Positions 18,088 through 27,814 of a stretch of DNA of 64,000 nt are shown piece after piece. Each line of letters begins with the position of its first letter. The stretch's first letter is position 1. The position numbers and the translations under genes were made by a program. The notes below the pieces were generated by a model. That model had not been told where the DNA came from and did not search any database. It saw only the letters and a program-made list of their open reading frames with translations. The stretch comes from a virus (lineage: Duplodnaviria; Caudoviricetes). Where the stretch lies: IMG/VR virus record IMGVR_UViG_3300042545_000821, positions 1 through 64,000 of that record. One strand, written 5' to 3'.

Positions 18088-20067
18088 CTATTTTGCCTCT
18101 CCCCAACGAGACACTATCTTAACATCTGCCAGCATAGGTATGCTGAGAGCGCGTATCTCTTCCATAGCTAAGCGGATCTGCTCCGCAGTCTCCTCAGCTA
18201 AGTAATCCGGGGTAACGGTAACAAGCTCATCATGAACAGTCAAAATTAAACTTGCTTCATCAGGAATCATTGCGCTAGCTCGCACCATAGCTACTTTAAT
18301 TAGATCAGCTGCGGATCCCTGAATAACAGTGTTAAAGGCCTGTCGTTCAGCTCTAGAGCGTTTCCACTGCTCTTTTGCACGAAGGTCAGGTAAGTAGCGT
18401 CTACGCTTAAGCAGAGTGCTTACAAAAGGTATGGGAGCTCTTCTCCGACTATCAGCAATAACCTGTCGCTTATAACGGTTTACGGCGGGAAACTTTGCAG
18501 AGAAAGAATCTAATAACTCACGTGCTTCGGTAAGGCTACACCCAATTTCTGTAGCAATCTTATCTGGCCCAACACCGTAAGCTAAAGAAAGAACTAATAC
18601 TTTTCCTGCTTTACGATCTACGCCCATAGTGTTTCCAATAGTGGTGTAAATATCTTCTTTATTTTGATACGCTTGTATCATAGTACGATCATGACTAAAA
18701 GACGCTATGATTCTAGGTTCTATTTGACTGTAATCAGCAACAATTAATTTATGTCCTTCTGGAGCAACAAAAAGGTTACGAATTGCTTTACCATTAGCAG
18801 TATGCGGAGCCGGCACATTCTGCAAATTCGGATTGCGACTCGAGAATCGGCCGGTCTCCGCGCCATATTGCACAAAGTCTGTATGAATACGCCCACGGTA
18901 TAGAAGGCTTTCTTTTGCTACAAGCTTTTCTTTGCCTAACAAAGTTCTTGCTACGTCACCACCAAGGTACGGCACTACATATGTAGTAAGAAGTTTATTC
19001 AATTCAGAATACTTAAGTAAGCTACCTACTAGGGCATCTTTCTCTCTAAACATATCTATAGCAGGCTCGGCTACTGAGTAGTCATTTACTGTAGGGGTTA
19101 AGCCGCTTTCTATTCTCTTTTGTCCTGCCGGGGTTGTTACCTTAGGCTTTAAGCCTCTACCCCCATCTTTTTTAGGCGTAAAAAGTAATTGCTGCCGCTC
19201 TGGCACAGAGTTAATATTAAAAGCTCTGCCAGCTAAACCAAAGATAGATGCTTTTGTTTTCTCTAACTGCTCGTCTAGATCATCTTTTAAAAGCGCTAGT
19301 TGCTCTACATCTACATCTGCTCCGTGCAGTTCCATGTCGCAGATAACCTTTAGAACATCCATCTCTAGGCTAAATATTCCCCATAGACCATCTGCTTTTA
19401 GGCGCTCTTCATACCGCTTGTAGAGTTTCCAAGTCCACTCAGCGTCTAATCCAGCGTAGGTAGCCACCTCATCAAAGGAGTGGTCTTCAATCTTTTTACC
19501 TACGCCCTTGACCATATCAAAATCAAATTCTCTTTTTAAACAATCATCTAACCCAAGATCAGTCCTGTCTTGGCTGTTTATTACAAAGGCTGCGTTTAGC
19601 GTACAAAAGAAAGTAGGCTCTGGTCTTCCTCCCATGTACTTAGCCACACTTTGTAGATCAAACTTTAGGTTATGCCCAACCTTTACCTTATCGCTCTTAA
19701 GTAAAGGCTTAAGAGCCTTAAATACCTCTCCTCGAGTTAATTGCTCAGGAGGCTCAGAAAATATTTTTGTAGCTTTTCGTCCGTCTTTACTGTAATCGTA
19801 GTCTGGGCGTAGCTCTAATCCTTGCTCCATACGAGCTAAGGCGGAGGGTAAGAGTGGGTAATCGGTACGAATGTATTGACCATTTGGATGGCCCATAGGA
19901 ATAACATCTACTCGATCGTTGGTTGCAAGAGCAATCCAAACCACATCGTTCTGTCTTGGATCTCCTCTGTGAGGGCCCATTGTTTCTACGTCGTATACAA
20001 ATGCATCAACTTTTTCGTACGCACTTACGACTTCATCTAGTTGTTCTTTAGTTAATACAATTCTCAT
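18088..20067 (-). CDS. polA: Family A DNA polymerase with 3'-5' exonuclease domain
   Basis: YDVET, HNLKFD, YAGLDA; TGRFSSRNPNLQN, ADYSQIEPR, RKAGKVLVLSLAYG, IQGSAADLIK, VHDEL. Confidence 0.95.
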   Translation of the reverse strand: MRIVLTKEQLDEVVSAYEKVDAFVYDVETMGPHRGDPRQNDVVWIALATNDRVDVIPMGHPNGQYIRTDYPLLPSALARMEQGLELRPDYDYSKDGRKATKIFSEPPEQLTRGEVFKALKPLLKSDKVKVGHNLKFDLQSVAKYMGGRPEPTFFCTLNAAFVINSQDRTDLGLDDCLKREFDFDMVKGVGKKIEDHSFDEVATYAGLDAEWTWKLYKRYEERLKADGLWGIFSLEMDVLKVICDMELHGADVDVEQLALLKDDLDEQLEKTKASIFGLAGRAFNINSVPERQQLLFTPKKDGGRGLKPKVTTPAGQKRIESGLTPTVNDYSVAEPAIDMFREKDALVGSLLKYSELNKLLTTYVVPYLGGDVARTLLGKEKLVAKESLLYRGRIHTDFVQYGAETGRFSSRNPNLQNVPAPHTANGKAIRNLFVAPEGHKLIVADYSQIEPRIIASFSHDRTMIQAYQNKEDIYTTIGNTMGVDRKAGKVLVLSLAYGVGPDKIATEIGCSLTEARELLDSFSAKFPAVNRYKRQVIADSRRRAPIPFVSTLLKRRRYLPDLRAKEQWKRSRAERQAFNTVIQGSAADLIKVAMVRASAMIPDEASLILTVHDELVTVTPDYLAEETAEQIRLAMEEIRALSIPMLADVKIVSRWGEAK

Positions 20068-20084
20068 TATTGCTCCTTGTTAAA

Positions 20085-20153
20085 GCTAAGGGGCCTAGAA
20101 GAAGGGAGGGTTTGCTCGGAAAGGCATTAACGAGCAAATCTAGGCCCCTTAGC
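20085..20153 (-). promoter_or_regulatory. Large bulged hairpin in polA leader (terminator/attenuator or translational operator)
   Basis: Perfect 15-bp outer IR, perfect 8-bp inner IR, 11-nt bulge, followed by TTT and AAGGAG RBS. Confidence 0.6.
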
Positions 20154-20165
20154 ATGGTTGAGAGA

Positions 20166-20927
20166 TTACTGACCTTGAATAATTTCTTTAGCGATTTCTT
20201 CAAGCTCCGCTGTCGTAGACATGCGAAGTGCATCAGGTCCAAGTGGCTTCATTTTTGAAGTCAATTCAGACGCAACTGCAGGATCGATCTCCCAATCTTC
20301 AACAAGATCACGCTCTTTTACGGGCATGATTGAATATGAAGTTTTGGTTCCTTGACCGGACTTACTTACCGCCCAGTAAATATCTGGACGATCTAGTGGA
20401 CCAGTCTTTTTGTCAGAGTTTAGTTTCTCTAACTGACCGCACAAACGAATACCACAAGTCATCATTTGAATTTGTGGTTCTTCATCTGAAAGGTTTACAA
20501 CTGTGAAAGCAAACTTGCGTTCAGGCTTGTTGCCAACACGGGATAGTGGATCGTTTTCCCAGCCAATGAAAGACTTCTTGCCTGGACGTTGAACCCAGTG
20601 CTGCAAAAAGCTCATAGGCTCAGCAGATAGGAACTTGATTAGTTGTACATCTTCATCAAACTTAAAATCAGCAGTATATGATTTATTTGCTTCAGACGCT
20701 GCACGCTTTGCAGCAGCCCATCCAGTTTGAATTACAGAAGAGCGATCAGGTACTTCATTCTCTGAGTCTTCTTCGAAGAGTTCTACAGAAGTATCTACTT
20801 CTGCAGTTGGGATATCGTTAACATAAGAGTCAACATTTGGGGCATCTTTTTTAATACGTAGTGCATTTGTTTGAACTGACATTTGAGTGTTAGTTCCTTT
20901 CTTAGCCATAGCCATAGGTAGAGTCAA
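20166..20927 (-). CDS. Putative single-stranded DNA-binding protein
   Basis: Upstream of polA; aromatic/beta-rich core, SKSGQGTKTSYSI motif resembling phage gp32-like SSBs. Confidence 0.5.
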   Translation of the reverse strand: MTLPMAMAKKGTNTQMSVQTNALRIKKDAPNVDSYVNDIPTAEVDTSVELFEEDSENEVPDRSSVIQTGWAAAKRAASEANKSYTADFKFDEDVQLIKFLSAEPMSFLQHWVQRPGKKSFIGWENDPLSRVGNKPERKFAFTVVNLSDEEPQIQMMTCGIRLCGQLEKLNSDKKTGPLDRPDIYWAVSKSGQGTKTSYSIMPVKERDLVEDWEIDPAVASELTSKMKPLGPDALRMSTTAELEEIAKEIIQGQ

Positions 20928-21394
20928 GAAACGGTTGTTTCTTGAGTGTGAATCCTAGTCCAATTCTCCAATAATTCAATTGGTAGATCTGGCCAACGAT
21001 TCCAATCAATCCGTGGAGAATCTAAAAGATTCCTGGATTGAAAACTGTGTAGTGCAGACTCTATCATAGCCCGGCTGTACATACGAGAACCAGGCAACTT
21101 CTTTCCGTCTACAACTATTGATTTAAGTCTATAAGGCGCTCTCGGTATATAGCCTTTTCTTTCCCATAACCGAACAGTAACTACTGGTCGTCCTAGTGCA
21201 AGACATAAAGATCCTACACTAAACAACTCAACAGTTTTTCCTCCAGGCAAAGCTTTTACTTTACCCTGAGATTCCCACCCCTCTTTTACTTCCCTCTTTT
21301 TTGGTTCAGGAAACGCTACAGATTTACGTTTACGTTTAGATCCAGGATAGTACTGGTCTATGTCTTTAAACATTGAATCAATAGCATCAGACAT
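20924..21394 (-). CDS. MerR-like HTH DNA-binding protein
   Basis: FSVGSLCLALGRPVVTVRLWERKGYIP...RMYS. Confidence 0.7.
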   Translation of the reverse strand: MSDAIDSMFKDIDQYYPGSKRKRKSVAFPEPKKREVKEGWESQGKVKALPGGKTVELFSVGSLCLALGRPVVTVRLWERKGYIPRAPYRLKSIVVDGKKLPGSRMYSRAMIESALHSFQSRNLLDSPRIDWNRWPDLPIELLENWTRIHTQETTVS

Positions 21395-21396
21395 GA

Positions 21397-21840
21397 TTAG
21401 CCCTTAGAAGGAATAAAAGCCCAAGTGATCTTTTTTGGAAACATCGCATCTACTTCTGCCTCAGTTAACTTACCTTCGTAAAGACAAGACATAATCTCAT
21501 CCTCGTCAACTGTGGGAACAGAGCGGATGCAACGATCTGCAAGACCGCGCTTTGTTAAAGTTAAAATTGCAGTGTCCATATCTAAAGACTGAGACACTCT
21601 ACGTTGACGTTGCATAGAAACATAGCCGTCAACTTCTTCTGGAAGAGTTACCCAAACATGACCTTTATCGTCAACTTCGCCGTGCTCTTCTACATAGTCG
21701 TTTAATTCAGCTTTAATCTCATTTTGCTTTTTAGTAAACTCGTCTACTCTTTTTTTATAAGAAATAAACTCTCGAAACTTTGCAACCAAAGGATTTACAT
21801 TGACCTCAGGCTTGCGTGTTGGTTCAGCAATTTTTGCCAT
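21397..21840 (-). CDS. Hypothetical coiled-coil protein
   Basis: ORF track, strong AAGGAGG RBS. Confidence 0.7.
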   Translation of the reverse strand: MAKIAEPTRKPEVNVNPLVAKFREFISYKKRVDEFTKKQNEIKAELNDYVEEHGEVDDKGHVWVTLPEEVDGYVSMQRQRRVSQSLDMDTAILTLTKRGLADRCIRSVPTVDEDEIMSCLYEGKLTEAEVDAMFPKKITWAFIPSKG

Positions 21841-21868
21841 TTACTTACCCTCCTTGATAGGTGTTTGT

Positions 21869-21897
21869 ACCCTACATTACATTTTTTCTTCTTGCAA
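21869..21897 (-). promoter_or_regulatory. Sigma-A-type promoter
   Basis: TTGCAA-N17-TAGGGT upstream of the gene starting at 21840. Confidence 0.5.
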
Positions 21898-22029
21898 GTA
21901 GGCTTTTAATGCCTGGATTATGACATCGGTCACAGTCCTGTTTTCTGAGGCTGCCTTGGCCTTTACCGCAGACCAAAGGTCCTCAGTAACTCTTATGGTA
22001 CGGGTAGGCGTCTTTGGTGAATTTGGCAC
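21877..22029 (-). CDS. Ribbon-helix-helix DNA-binding protein (50 aa)
   Basis: Not in ORF track; MPNSPKTPTRTIRVTEDLWSAVKAKAASENRTVTDVIIQALKAYLQEEKM, GTG start after AGGAG. Confidence 0.8.
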   Translation of the reverse strand: MPNSPKTPTRTIRVTEDLWSAVKAKAASENRTVTDVIIQALKAYLQEEKM

Positions 22030-22038
22030 GGTCTTCTC

Positions 22039-23625
22039 CTAAACTATAGCGGACTGTAAAAATGCCCTCAAACTTCCAGCGTTAAGGTTTACCCCACCAC
22101 GGTCGTTTATGCCCTCACCATCCACAACAGCATTAGCTACAGCGCTCTTTTGCTCTAGAAGGGCGTGTTGCCGTTCTTCGATAGAACCTTGCATCAGGAT
22201 GTCCTGAATAACTATGCTCTTCCAGGTGCTTGAGGCACGCATTATTCTACCGTTTCTTTGTACTGCTAACCCCGCATTCCAGGGTAAATCATAATTTATT
22301 AAAAGATTGGCTTGGGGTAGGTCTACACCGTATCCTCCGGCGTCAGAGCTAACTAGTACTCTAACATCAGGATCTGTTTGAAAACTAATCTTTGACTCTT
22401 CTTTTTCTTTAGCGTTCATTTGCCCTGTGTATGGGGTACTGCCCCACTCCGTTAAAGAGTCCCTAATTATGTCTACCATTTTTACATAGCTGGTAAATAT
22501 AACAACTTTATTACCAGGATAGGCAGACAAAAAGTCATCAACATACTCTTTTAACACAGCAAGCTTTGGTGCTTTTTTAATTGAATCTAATAGCCCTGAA
22601 TCTTTTAATTCTGCTGCGTATTTAGATCCTTCGCCACGCATAGGATTGTACATATCAGCAGAGTGTCGAACTAAATCTGGGTGGTCGCACAACATTCGTA
22701 ATGAAGTTAACTTTGACATTATCCTACCCCTTAGTTCGTCCATAGGCCCGCCTTGATCGCTTTGATGGCCATAGTGGGCAAAGATGTCAAAGGATCCGCC
22801 AAAAGAGTTTAAAGCGTCATCTAGGTCTGTTAATAGCTCAGTAACTATGGCGTTGTAAAGGTTCCTAGTAGCTGCGTCAAAGAGTACAAATATTGGCTCA
22901 GCCATAAGTGACTCAGGTAAAAATGGGGCTACATCAGGGTCAGATTGACGTTTTCGTACACATGCCTTGCTTAAAGTCTTATGTAGTACTGGCAAATTAC
23001 GGTAACGATCTACTCCCCCAAATTGATTACGAACTATAAAAGTTGAATCAAAAAGATCAAATCTTCCCAAAACTTTAGGGTCTACAAACTGCATTATTGA
23101 GTAAAGCTCTTCAGGTTTACCGTTTTCTATTGGAGTACCGGTTAAAGCAAATTTATAGGGGCTTTCTAATTTTTTTACGTATTTAGATCTTTTGGATCTG
23201 AAACTTTTAATTGCGGTAGCTTCGTCAATGACAATGAATCCTGTTGGGAGTTTCTCAATGTACTCCCAGTCGTTAACAACTTGCTCATAGTTAACAATGA
23301 CATAATTGACGAGCGAATGCCCCCAGTCGATGGCTTCAGCATACTGCGCTGCTCGTTGCTTCGGTGTTCCATCCACGACCAGAGTTGTAGAAGATCCATC
23401 AGTAAATTTCTCAATCTGTGAGGCCCATTGATATTTAAGGGAAGAGAGACAAATTATAAGGCCTGGCTCGGTAATCTTACCCTCATCCATCAAGTTTTCT
23501 AATGCCGCTATAGTCAAAACGGTCTTACCCAACCCAAGGTCGTAGGCAACAAGCATCTTTTTTCTAACCATCATTCGCTCTACAGCCACAGGTTGATAAG
23601 GCAAAAGAGTACCCTTAAAGGTCAT
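22039..23625 (-). CDS. SNF2-family (SF2) helicase
   Basis: DLGLGKT, VIDEAT, ALTGTPIEN, AGGYGVDL, QRNGRIMR. Confidence 0.92.
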   Translation of the reverse strand: MTFKGTLLPYQPVAVERMMVRKKMLVAYDLGLGKTVLTIAALENLMDEGKITEPGLIICLSSLKYQWASQIEKFTDGSSTTLVVDGTPKQRAAQYAEAIDWGHSLVNYVIVNYEQVVNDWEYIEKLPTGFIVIDEATAIKSFRSKRSKYVKKLESPYKFALTGTPIENGKPEELYSIMQFVDPKVLGRFDLFDSTFIVRNQFGGVDRYRNLPVLHKTLSKACVRKRQSDPDVAPFLPESLMAEPIFVLFDAATRNLYNAIVTELLTDLDDALNSFGGSFDIFAHYGHQSDQGGPMDELRGRIMSKLTSLRMLCDHPDLVRHSADMYNPMRGEGSKYAAELKDSGLLDSIKKAPKLAVLKEYVDDFLSAYPGNKVVIFTSYVKMVDIIRDSLTEWGSTPYTGQMNAKEKEESKISFQTDPDVRVLVSSDAGGYGVDLPQANLLINYDLPWNAGLAVQRNGRIMRASSTWKSIVIQDILMQGSIEERQHALLEQKSAVANAVVDGEGINDRGGVNLNAGSLRAFLQSAIV

Positions 23626-23834
23626 GCGTCACGTCTCCAATGAACAAAAGACTTAATATACACAATTGCGTAGGCTATTGCTGAAAAGATAAAACCGTAC
23701 TGTTCGGTGATTAAAGCGTAGGCAATCCAAAGTATCTCGTTAAAACACAGGACTATCCAACCCCAAATAGTTTTACGGCCTACAAAATAAATCCCAGTAA
23801 CGCCGATAGCAGCTAAAACCCAAGACCACATCAT
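23622..23834 (-). CDS. Small membrane protein, PnuC-like
   Basis: Three hydrophobic segments, GW...NEILWIAYA...QYGF. Confidence 0.5.
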   Translation of the reverse strand: MMWSWVLAAIGVTGIYFVGRKTIWGWIVLCFNEILWIAYALITEQYGFIFSAIAYAIVYIKSFVHWRRDA

Positions 23835-24772
23835 ATAGCCGCCTCCCCAAGTACGCAGTGTCGAGCATTGTCAATCCCCCAGTGTATCTGATCTAAGGAC
23901 ATATCACCAATGTCCTTTACTTGAAAGTCACCATAGTTAAAAAACCAGCACTCTAACCCGCCCTTTCTAAAAGCAGAGAGTAATTGACTACTGGCTTTTT
24001 TACCTGGCCCATCGTTATCCATCGCTATCACCAAGGTTTTTGCCCTACGCATAATGTCTATTTGATCATCGCTTACTATGGCCCCATAAGTAGCCACACC
24101 GCCTTGTATGCCCACAGAGCTTAACTTCACCGCATCCAGGGGAGACTCTACGACAATCATTTGATCGCCATCCCAACAGTCTAGACCAAATAAAGTCTTT
24201 GACTTTGGGACACCTGGAGGACGGTTAAAGAATCTTCTTGAAAGCTGACCCTTTTCTTGCCAGCCAAGCAGTTTGTTGTGGTCAAGCGTCCTTATAGGTA
24301 GGATCCAAGAAGAATCGTTTGCTTGCCAGCGGACCCCATACTTATTGCAAGCATCAATGCTTATACCCCGCTCATTAGCTGCCCATATCGGCACGTCTCC
24401 AAAGACAGCTAGTCGAGCTTCGCTCATTGGTACGAGCTTAGGCAAATGGATGTAGGTTTTCCTAGCCTCATCTAACTGCCGGGATATAAAATCAATATCT
24501 AACTCTACGTCTGTTCTAAGCCATGACTTAGCTTTATCGAGATCCCCGTACTCAAGAAGATCTGATATTAGAGTTAGTAAGTTACCTTTGTAACCACAGG
24601 AAAAACAATTGTGTGCACCAGTTACTGCGTTTATAGACCATGACGGATTGTTATCTTTCTTTCCAGTCCGATACTCATGCATAGGGCACATAGCACCAAG
24701 CTCACGGTTTCTAGGGATTGAAACTATGCTCAGGCGTAATAATGTGCGCTCTACTTCTCCGTCACGAAACAT
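23831..24772 (-). CDS. dnaG: DNA primase (CHC2 zinc finger + TOPRIM)
   Basis: CPMH...CFSC, VVESPLDA, MDNDGPG, KDIGD. Confidence 0.88.
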   Translation of the reverse strand: MFRDGEVERTLLRLSIVSIPRNRELGAMCPMHEYRTGKKDNNPSWSINAVTGAHNCFSCGYKGNLLTLISDLLEYGDLDKAKSWLRTDVELDIDFISRQLDEARKTYIHLPKLVPMSEARLAVFGDVPIWAANERGISIDACNKYGVRWQANDSSWILPIRTLDHNKLLGWQEKGQLSRRFFNRPPGVPKSKTLFGLDCWDGDQMIVVESPLDAVKLSSVGIQGGVATYGAIVSDDQIDIMRRAKTLVIAMDNDGPGKKASSQLLSAFRKGGLECWFFNYGDFQVKDIGDMSLDQIHWGIDNARHCVLGEAAI

Positions 24773-24993
24773 TAGGGCTTATCCACTAAAGTAGGGGCTA
24801 AGGCGTACGTCCCACACAAAGCGCACTCCATCTGAATAAGGTAAGAAGAAATTTCGTAATCCTCAAAAGAAACCTTTACGTTCCATAAGTTTGATTCACA
24901 GTGTGGACAATCATGATGGATTTCTTCTGCATGATCCATAGTGCCCGTGTAATCAGGTTTTAACTCACGAATTGATTTAGGAGACGCGTGCAC
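24772..24993 (-). CDS. Small zinc-binding protein
   Basis: CPHC...CALC; longer track ORF overlaps whiB, so GTG at 24993 preferred. Confidence 0.6.
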   Translation of the reverse strand: MHASPKSIRELKPDYTGTMDHAEEIHHDCPHCESNLWNVKVSFEDYEISSYLIQMECALCGTYALAPTLVDKP

Positions 24994-25231
24994 GTCGTCT
25001 TCTATTAATGCGGACTCTACTTCTATCTCGTGGCGTTGTGGCGCCCCATATCCCATCAAGATCCGGTTGAGATACCGCGTAATCGGCGCAAGGAACGACA
25101 AGAGGGCACTTGTTACAGATATCTTTAGCCAGTCTAATCTGAGTGTGGCTATTGTAGTCCTGCGGAAAAAAAAGTTCCGGATCTTCCTTAGCACATAGTT
25201 GACGGCCATCATACGGATACTCCTGAGCCAT
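24977..25231 (-). CDS. whiB: WhiB-family transcription factor (second copy)
   Basis: LCAKEDPELFFP, AKDICNKCPLVVPC, GIWGATTPRDR; start MAQEY at 25231. Confidence 0.92.
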   Translation of the reverse strand: MAQEYPYDGRQLCAKEDPELFFPQDYNSHTQIRLAKDICNKCPLVVPCADYAVSQPDLDGIWGATTPRDRSRVRINRRRRARVS

Positions 25232-26441
25232 ATTCTTCGAACCTTCCTTCTTCCCAGTCCCAAAGTAGCTCCACTTCTGCAGGGCCACAGTTACGGCTTG
25301 CAACGATCCGCAACAATCTTGAACTATCATCGTTTTCATCTTGTCTCTGTAAAGCAAAGATCACATCCGAATCTTGGTAAAAAGATGAGGAGTAACCAAT
25401 AGCATCTGCGGTAACTTGACCTCTACGCATTTTATGGGTCAATACCTGAGTAGTCATAACAATAGGTTTTTTATGCTTCTGAGCTAGTCGTTTCATAGAC
25501 CTTGTTATATTAGTCAAAGCCATAGGGGTGTTTGCCTCTCCGGTAACCTCGTCAATCATTAAGTAAACTCCGTCAACAAAGATGATATCAGGTTGAAGCT
25601 TTTCAATCTTTAACGATAGTCCGGTTATGGTTGCTGCGGTCACGGAGTCAGTCAAATAAAAGTTATGCATCCCATCCATATGATCTAAAGTTTTTTGGTA
25701 CCTAGCTTCTTCCAAAGGAGTTAGGGCACCTCGTATTAAACGACCATGCGATATATGGGCACGCATAGAGTCGTGTCTACGCTGCTGCTCCATATTGCTC
25801 ATCTCAAAAGATTGATACAAAGGTACAAACCCATCTTCGTGAGTATTTACCGCCATCTGCAAAGACAGCACTGACTTACCAGTTTTAGGTGGGGCAATTA
25901 CTGTGACTAGTTGACCTGGCTGTAATCCCGCTGTAGCCACATCCATTACTTGAAAACCAGTAGCAATTCCTAGTAACCCATTTGGTCGAGTCTTAATGTT
26001 TAAGTACTCGTCGTATCGAGTCTGTGTATTTTTAGTTAAATCTATGTCGCTAGTTTGAGAAGCACCTTCGTCAGAAAGTTTAGCTACACCTGATCCCATT
26101 AACGTTATGGCAGAATCATGATCTCCGGCAGCTACTGCATCTGCAGCAAGTTGAACTACTTCAATAGTTTTTTGACGTTTGCGATATTCAACTAACTGAT
26201 CTAGCAAATATGAAATTGAATCGTCAACAGCTAAAAGGCGGTAAGTAGGAAAGTTATCTTTTACTGTTGTGGCTGTAGGAACTTCGCTGTATTTAGTCCA
26301 GTGCTGTCGTATAAATTTCCACACGGCACGGTTCTCGTCAACGTAAAACCACTCGTCTTGTAATCCGCGCTCTAATAATTCGGATATATCTCTATCGCGT
26401 ACAGCTTTAGAGATTAATCTAATCTCGTTGTCAGCTGCCAC
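25209..26441 (-). CDS. dnaB: DnaB-like replicative helicase
   Basis: GLQPGQL, APPKTGKS, SFEMS, IFVDGVYLM, QDSD, SRNC; GTG start after GGAGG. Confidence 0.9.
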   Translation of the reverse strand: MAADNEIRLISKAVRDRDISELLERGLQDEWFYVDENRAVWKFIRQHWTKYSEVPTATTVKDNFPTYRLLAVDDSISYLLDQLVEYRKRQKTIEVVQLAADAVAAGDHDSAITLMGSGVAKLSDEGASQTSDIDLTKNTQTRYDEYLNIKTRPNGLLGIATGFQVMDVATAGLQPGQLVTVIAPPKTGKSVLSLQMAVNTHEDGFVPLYQSFEMSNMEQQRRHDSMRAHISHGRLIRGALTPLEEARYQKTLDHMDGMHNFYLTDSVTAATITGLSLKIEKLQPDIIFVDGVYLMIDEVTGEANTPMALTNITRSMKRLAQKHKKPIVMTTQVLTHKMRRGQVTADAIGYSSSFYQDSDVIFALQRQDENDDSSRLLRIVASRNCGPAEVELLWDWEEGRFEEYGSGVSV

Positions 26442-26847
26442 TGTTAATCCTCCCCATATCAATAAACTTTCCGCCGTATCTTAAACCGCGTTCAGGTATA
26501 TCCACAACTCCTACCAACTCTGGTCGATAGGGCAGTTCGCTTACTAGATCTGAGATTGTTTGATAGGCAGTGCAGTAGTTAAACGGATTTGTGCCCATAT
26601 TATCTAAATCCTCTAGTATTTCTTTCATCTCTTTTTTTGTATAACCAAATCCGGCTATCTCCATAGAGTAACCAAACTTCTCCGCAAAATTCCAAAACAA
26701 TGATAAAGACTGACGGTTGTAGGTAACTTCTTCTTTAAAAACAGGAATACCTAAAACTTTTTTCATTGCAGGTTTGCGATCTAGTATGCAATCAAGAGTC
26801 ACTACAACTCTCATTGGAACTTTGTTTGAGATATCCCCCCCTTTCAT
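26431..26847 (-). CDS. Hypothetical protein, degenerate HAD-like fold possible
   Basis: VVVTLDCIL resembles HAD motif I. Confidence 0.5.
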   Translation of the reverse strand: MKGGDISNKVPMRVVVTLDCILDRKPAMKKVLGIPVFKEEVTYNRQSLSLFWNFAEKFGYSMEIAGFGYTKKEMKEILEDLDNMGTNPFNYCTAYQTISDLVSELPYRPELVGVVDIPERGLRYGGKFIDMGRINSGS

Positions 26848-26849
26848 TA

Positions 26850-27110
26850 CTACCCTACTTTTACTTGACCATAGCGAAGTACCAAATCACGAAACTTATC
26901 CGGAGATTTAGTGGAATCTGCTACCTCAGATTTAGAGGCGTATCTTTTTATCTCTTTCTCTACAAGGGGCTCAACTTGTGTAGTGTGCTTGCACTTAGCT
27001 CGTAAACTAAATCCAGTACAACTACAGCGCATTTTTCCTTCATTATTTATTTGAACTTCGCTAACACCTGTTGATAGCGATATAAAAAACTGAACTGTTC
27101 TCCAAGTCAT
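26850..27110 (-). CDS. SWIM zinc-finger protein
   Basis: CSC-x8-CKH. Confidence 0.7.
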   Translation of the reverse strand: MTWRTVQFFISLSTGVSEVQINNEGKMRCSCTGFSLRAKCKHTTQVEPLVEKEIKRYASKSEVADSTKSPDKFRDLVLRYGQVKVG

Positions 27111-27814
27111 AATGCTCTCCGATCTCCTTCTGTTGACTCTACAACGATTGGCATAAATGCTTCTTTAACAAAACTACCCATAGGTTGTCCGTAGGTATCT
27201 CCCCAGTCCTTAATAGGCACGTTAGTCGTTACTATAGTCGGAAGGCCGGCATTAAAGCGAGCCCGCAATAAGGCGTCAAAAGTATTTTCGGCCCAACCTG
27301 ACGCGGTCCGATACTCCTTACCAAGGTCGTCTAAAACTAAAACTTTAATGTTTAGATGTTCTGGCGCATCCCCATAGATCCCATCCATAAGGTTTTGAAT
27401 TTCACTTTCGCCGTCATCTTCCCAATTTCGCTTTTGAAGCCGTAGAAGCTTGGGATAATCCGTAAAGTACACCGGACGGAGGGGAAGCCTTTCCGGCGTG
27501 CCTATAACGTCCCGTGGAATAGTTCTTAAAAGCTCCTGGAGGACCGTAGAGGCGAGAGTAGTCTTTCCGTGACCAGGTTTACCCACCAGAAGTAAACCTA
27601 GGCCGCAGGTAGACGTTCCACGAGCTTTTATAACATTTCCTAACCTGACCGAATTAAGCCAAGCTTCTACGGAATCTAATACGGGCCCTTGACCCTGGAT
27701 GTGAGCATATGGGCGAAGATCAGACATCTCTAGCCCAATGCTTTTCATTGGAAGACCAGCTGCGTTTATCTGAGCACGCACACTTGGCGCAAGATCTTTT
27801 AAGTTATAGCTCAT
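27107..27814 (-). CDS. dnaC: DnaC/IstB-like AAA+ helicase loader
   Basis: GKPGHGKT, LVLDDLGKE, R...LPTIVTTN, GDRR. Confidence 0.85.
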   Translation of the reverse strand: MSYNLKDLAPSVRAQINAAGLPMKSIGLEMSDLRPYAHIQGQGPVLDSVEAWLNSVRLGNVIKARGTSTCGLGLLLVGKPGHGKTTLASTVLQELLRTIPRDVIGTPERLPLRPVYFTDYPKLLRLQKRNWEDDGESEIQNLMDGIYGDAPEHLNIKVLVLDDLGKEYRTASGWAENTFDALLRARFNAGLPTIVTTNVPIKDWGDTYGQPMGSFVKEAFMPIVVESTEGDRRAL

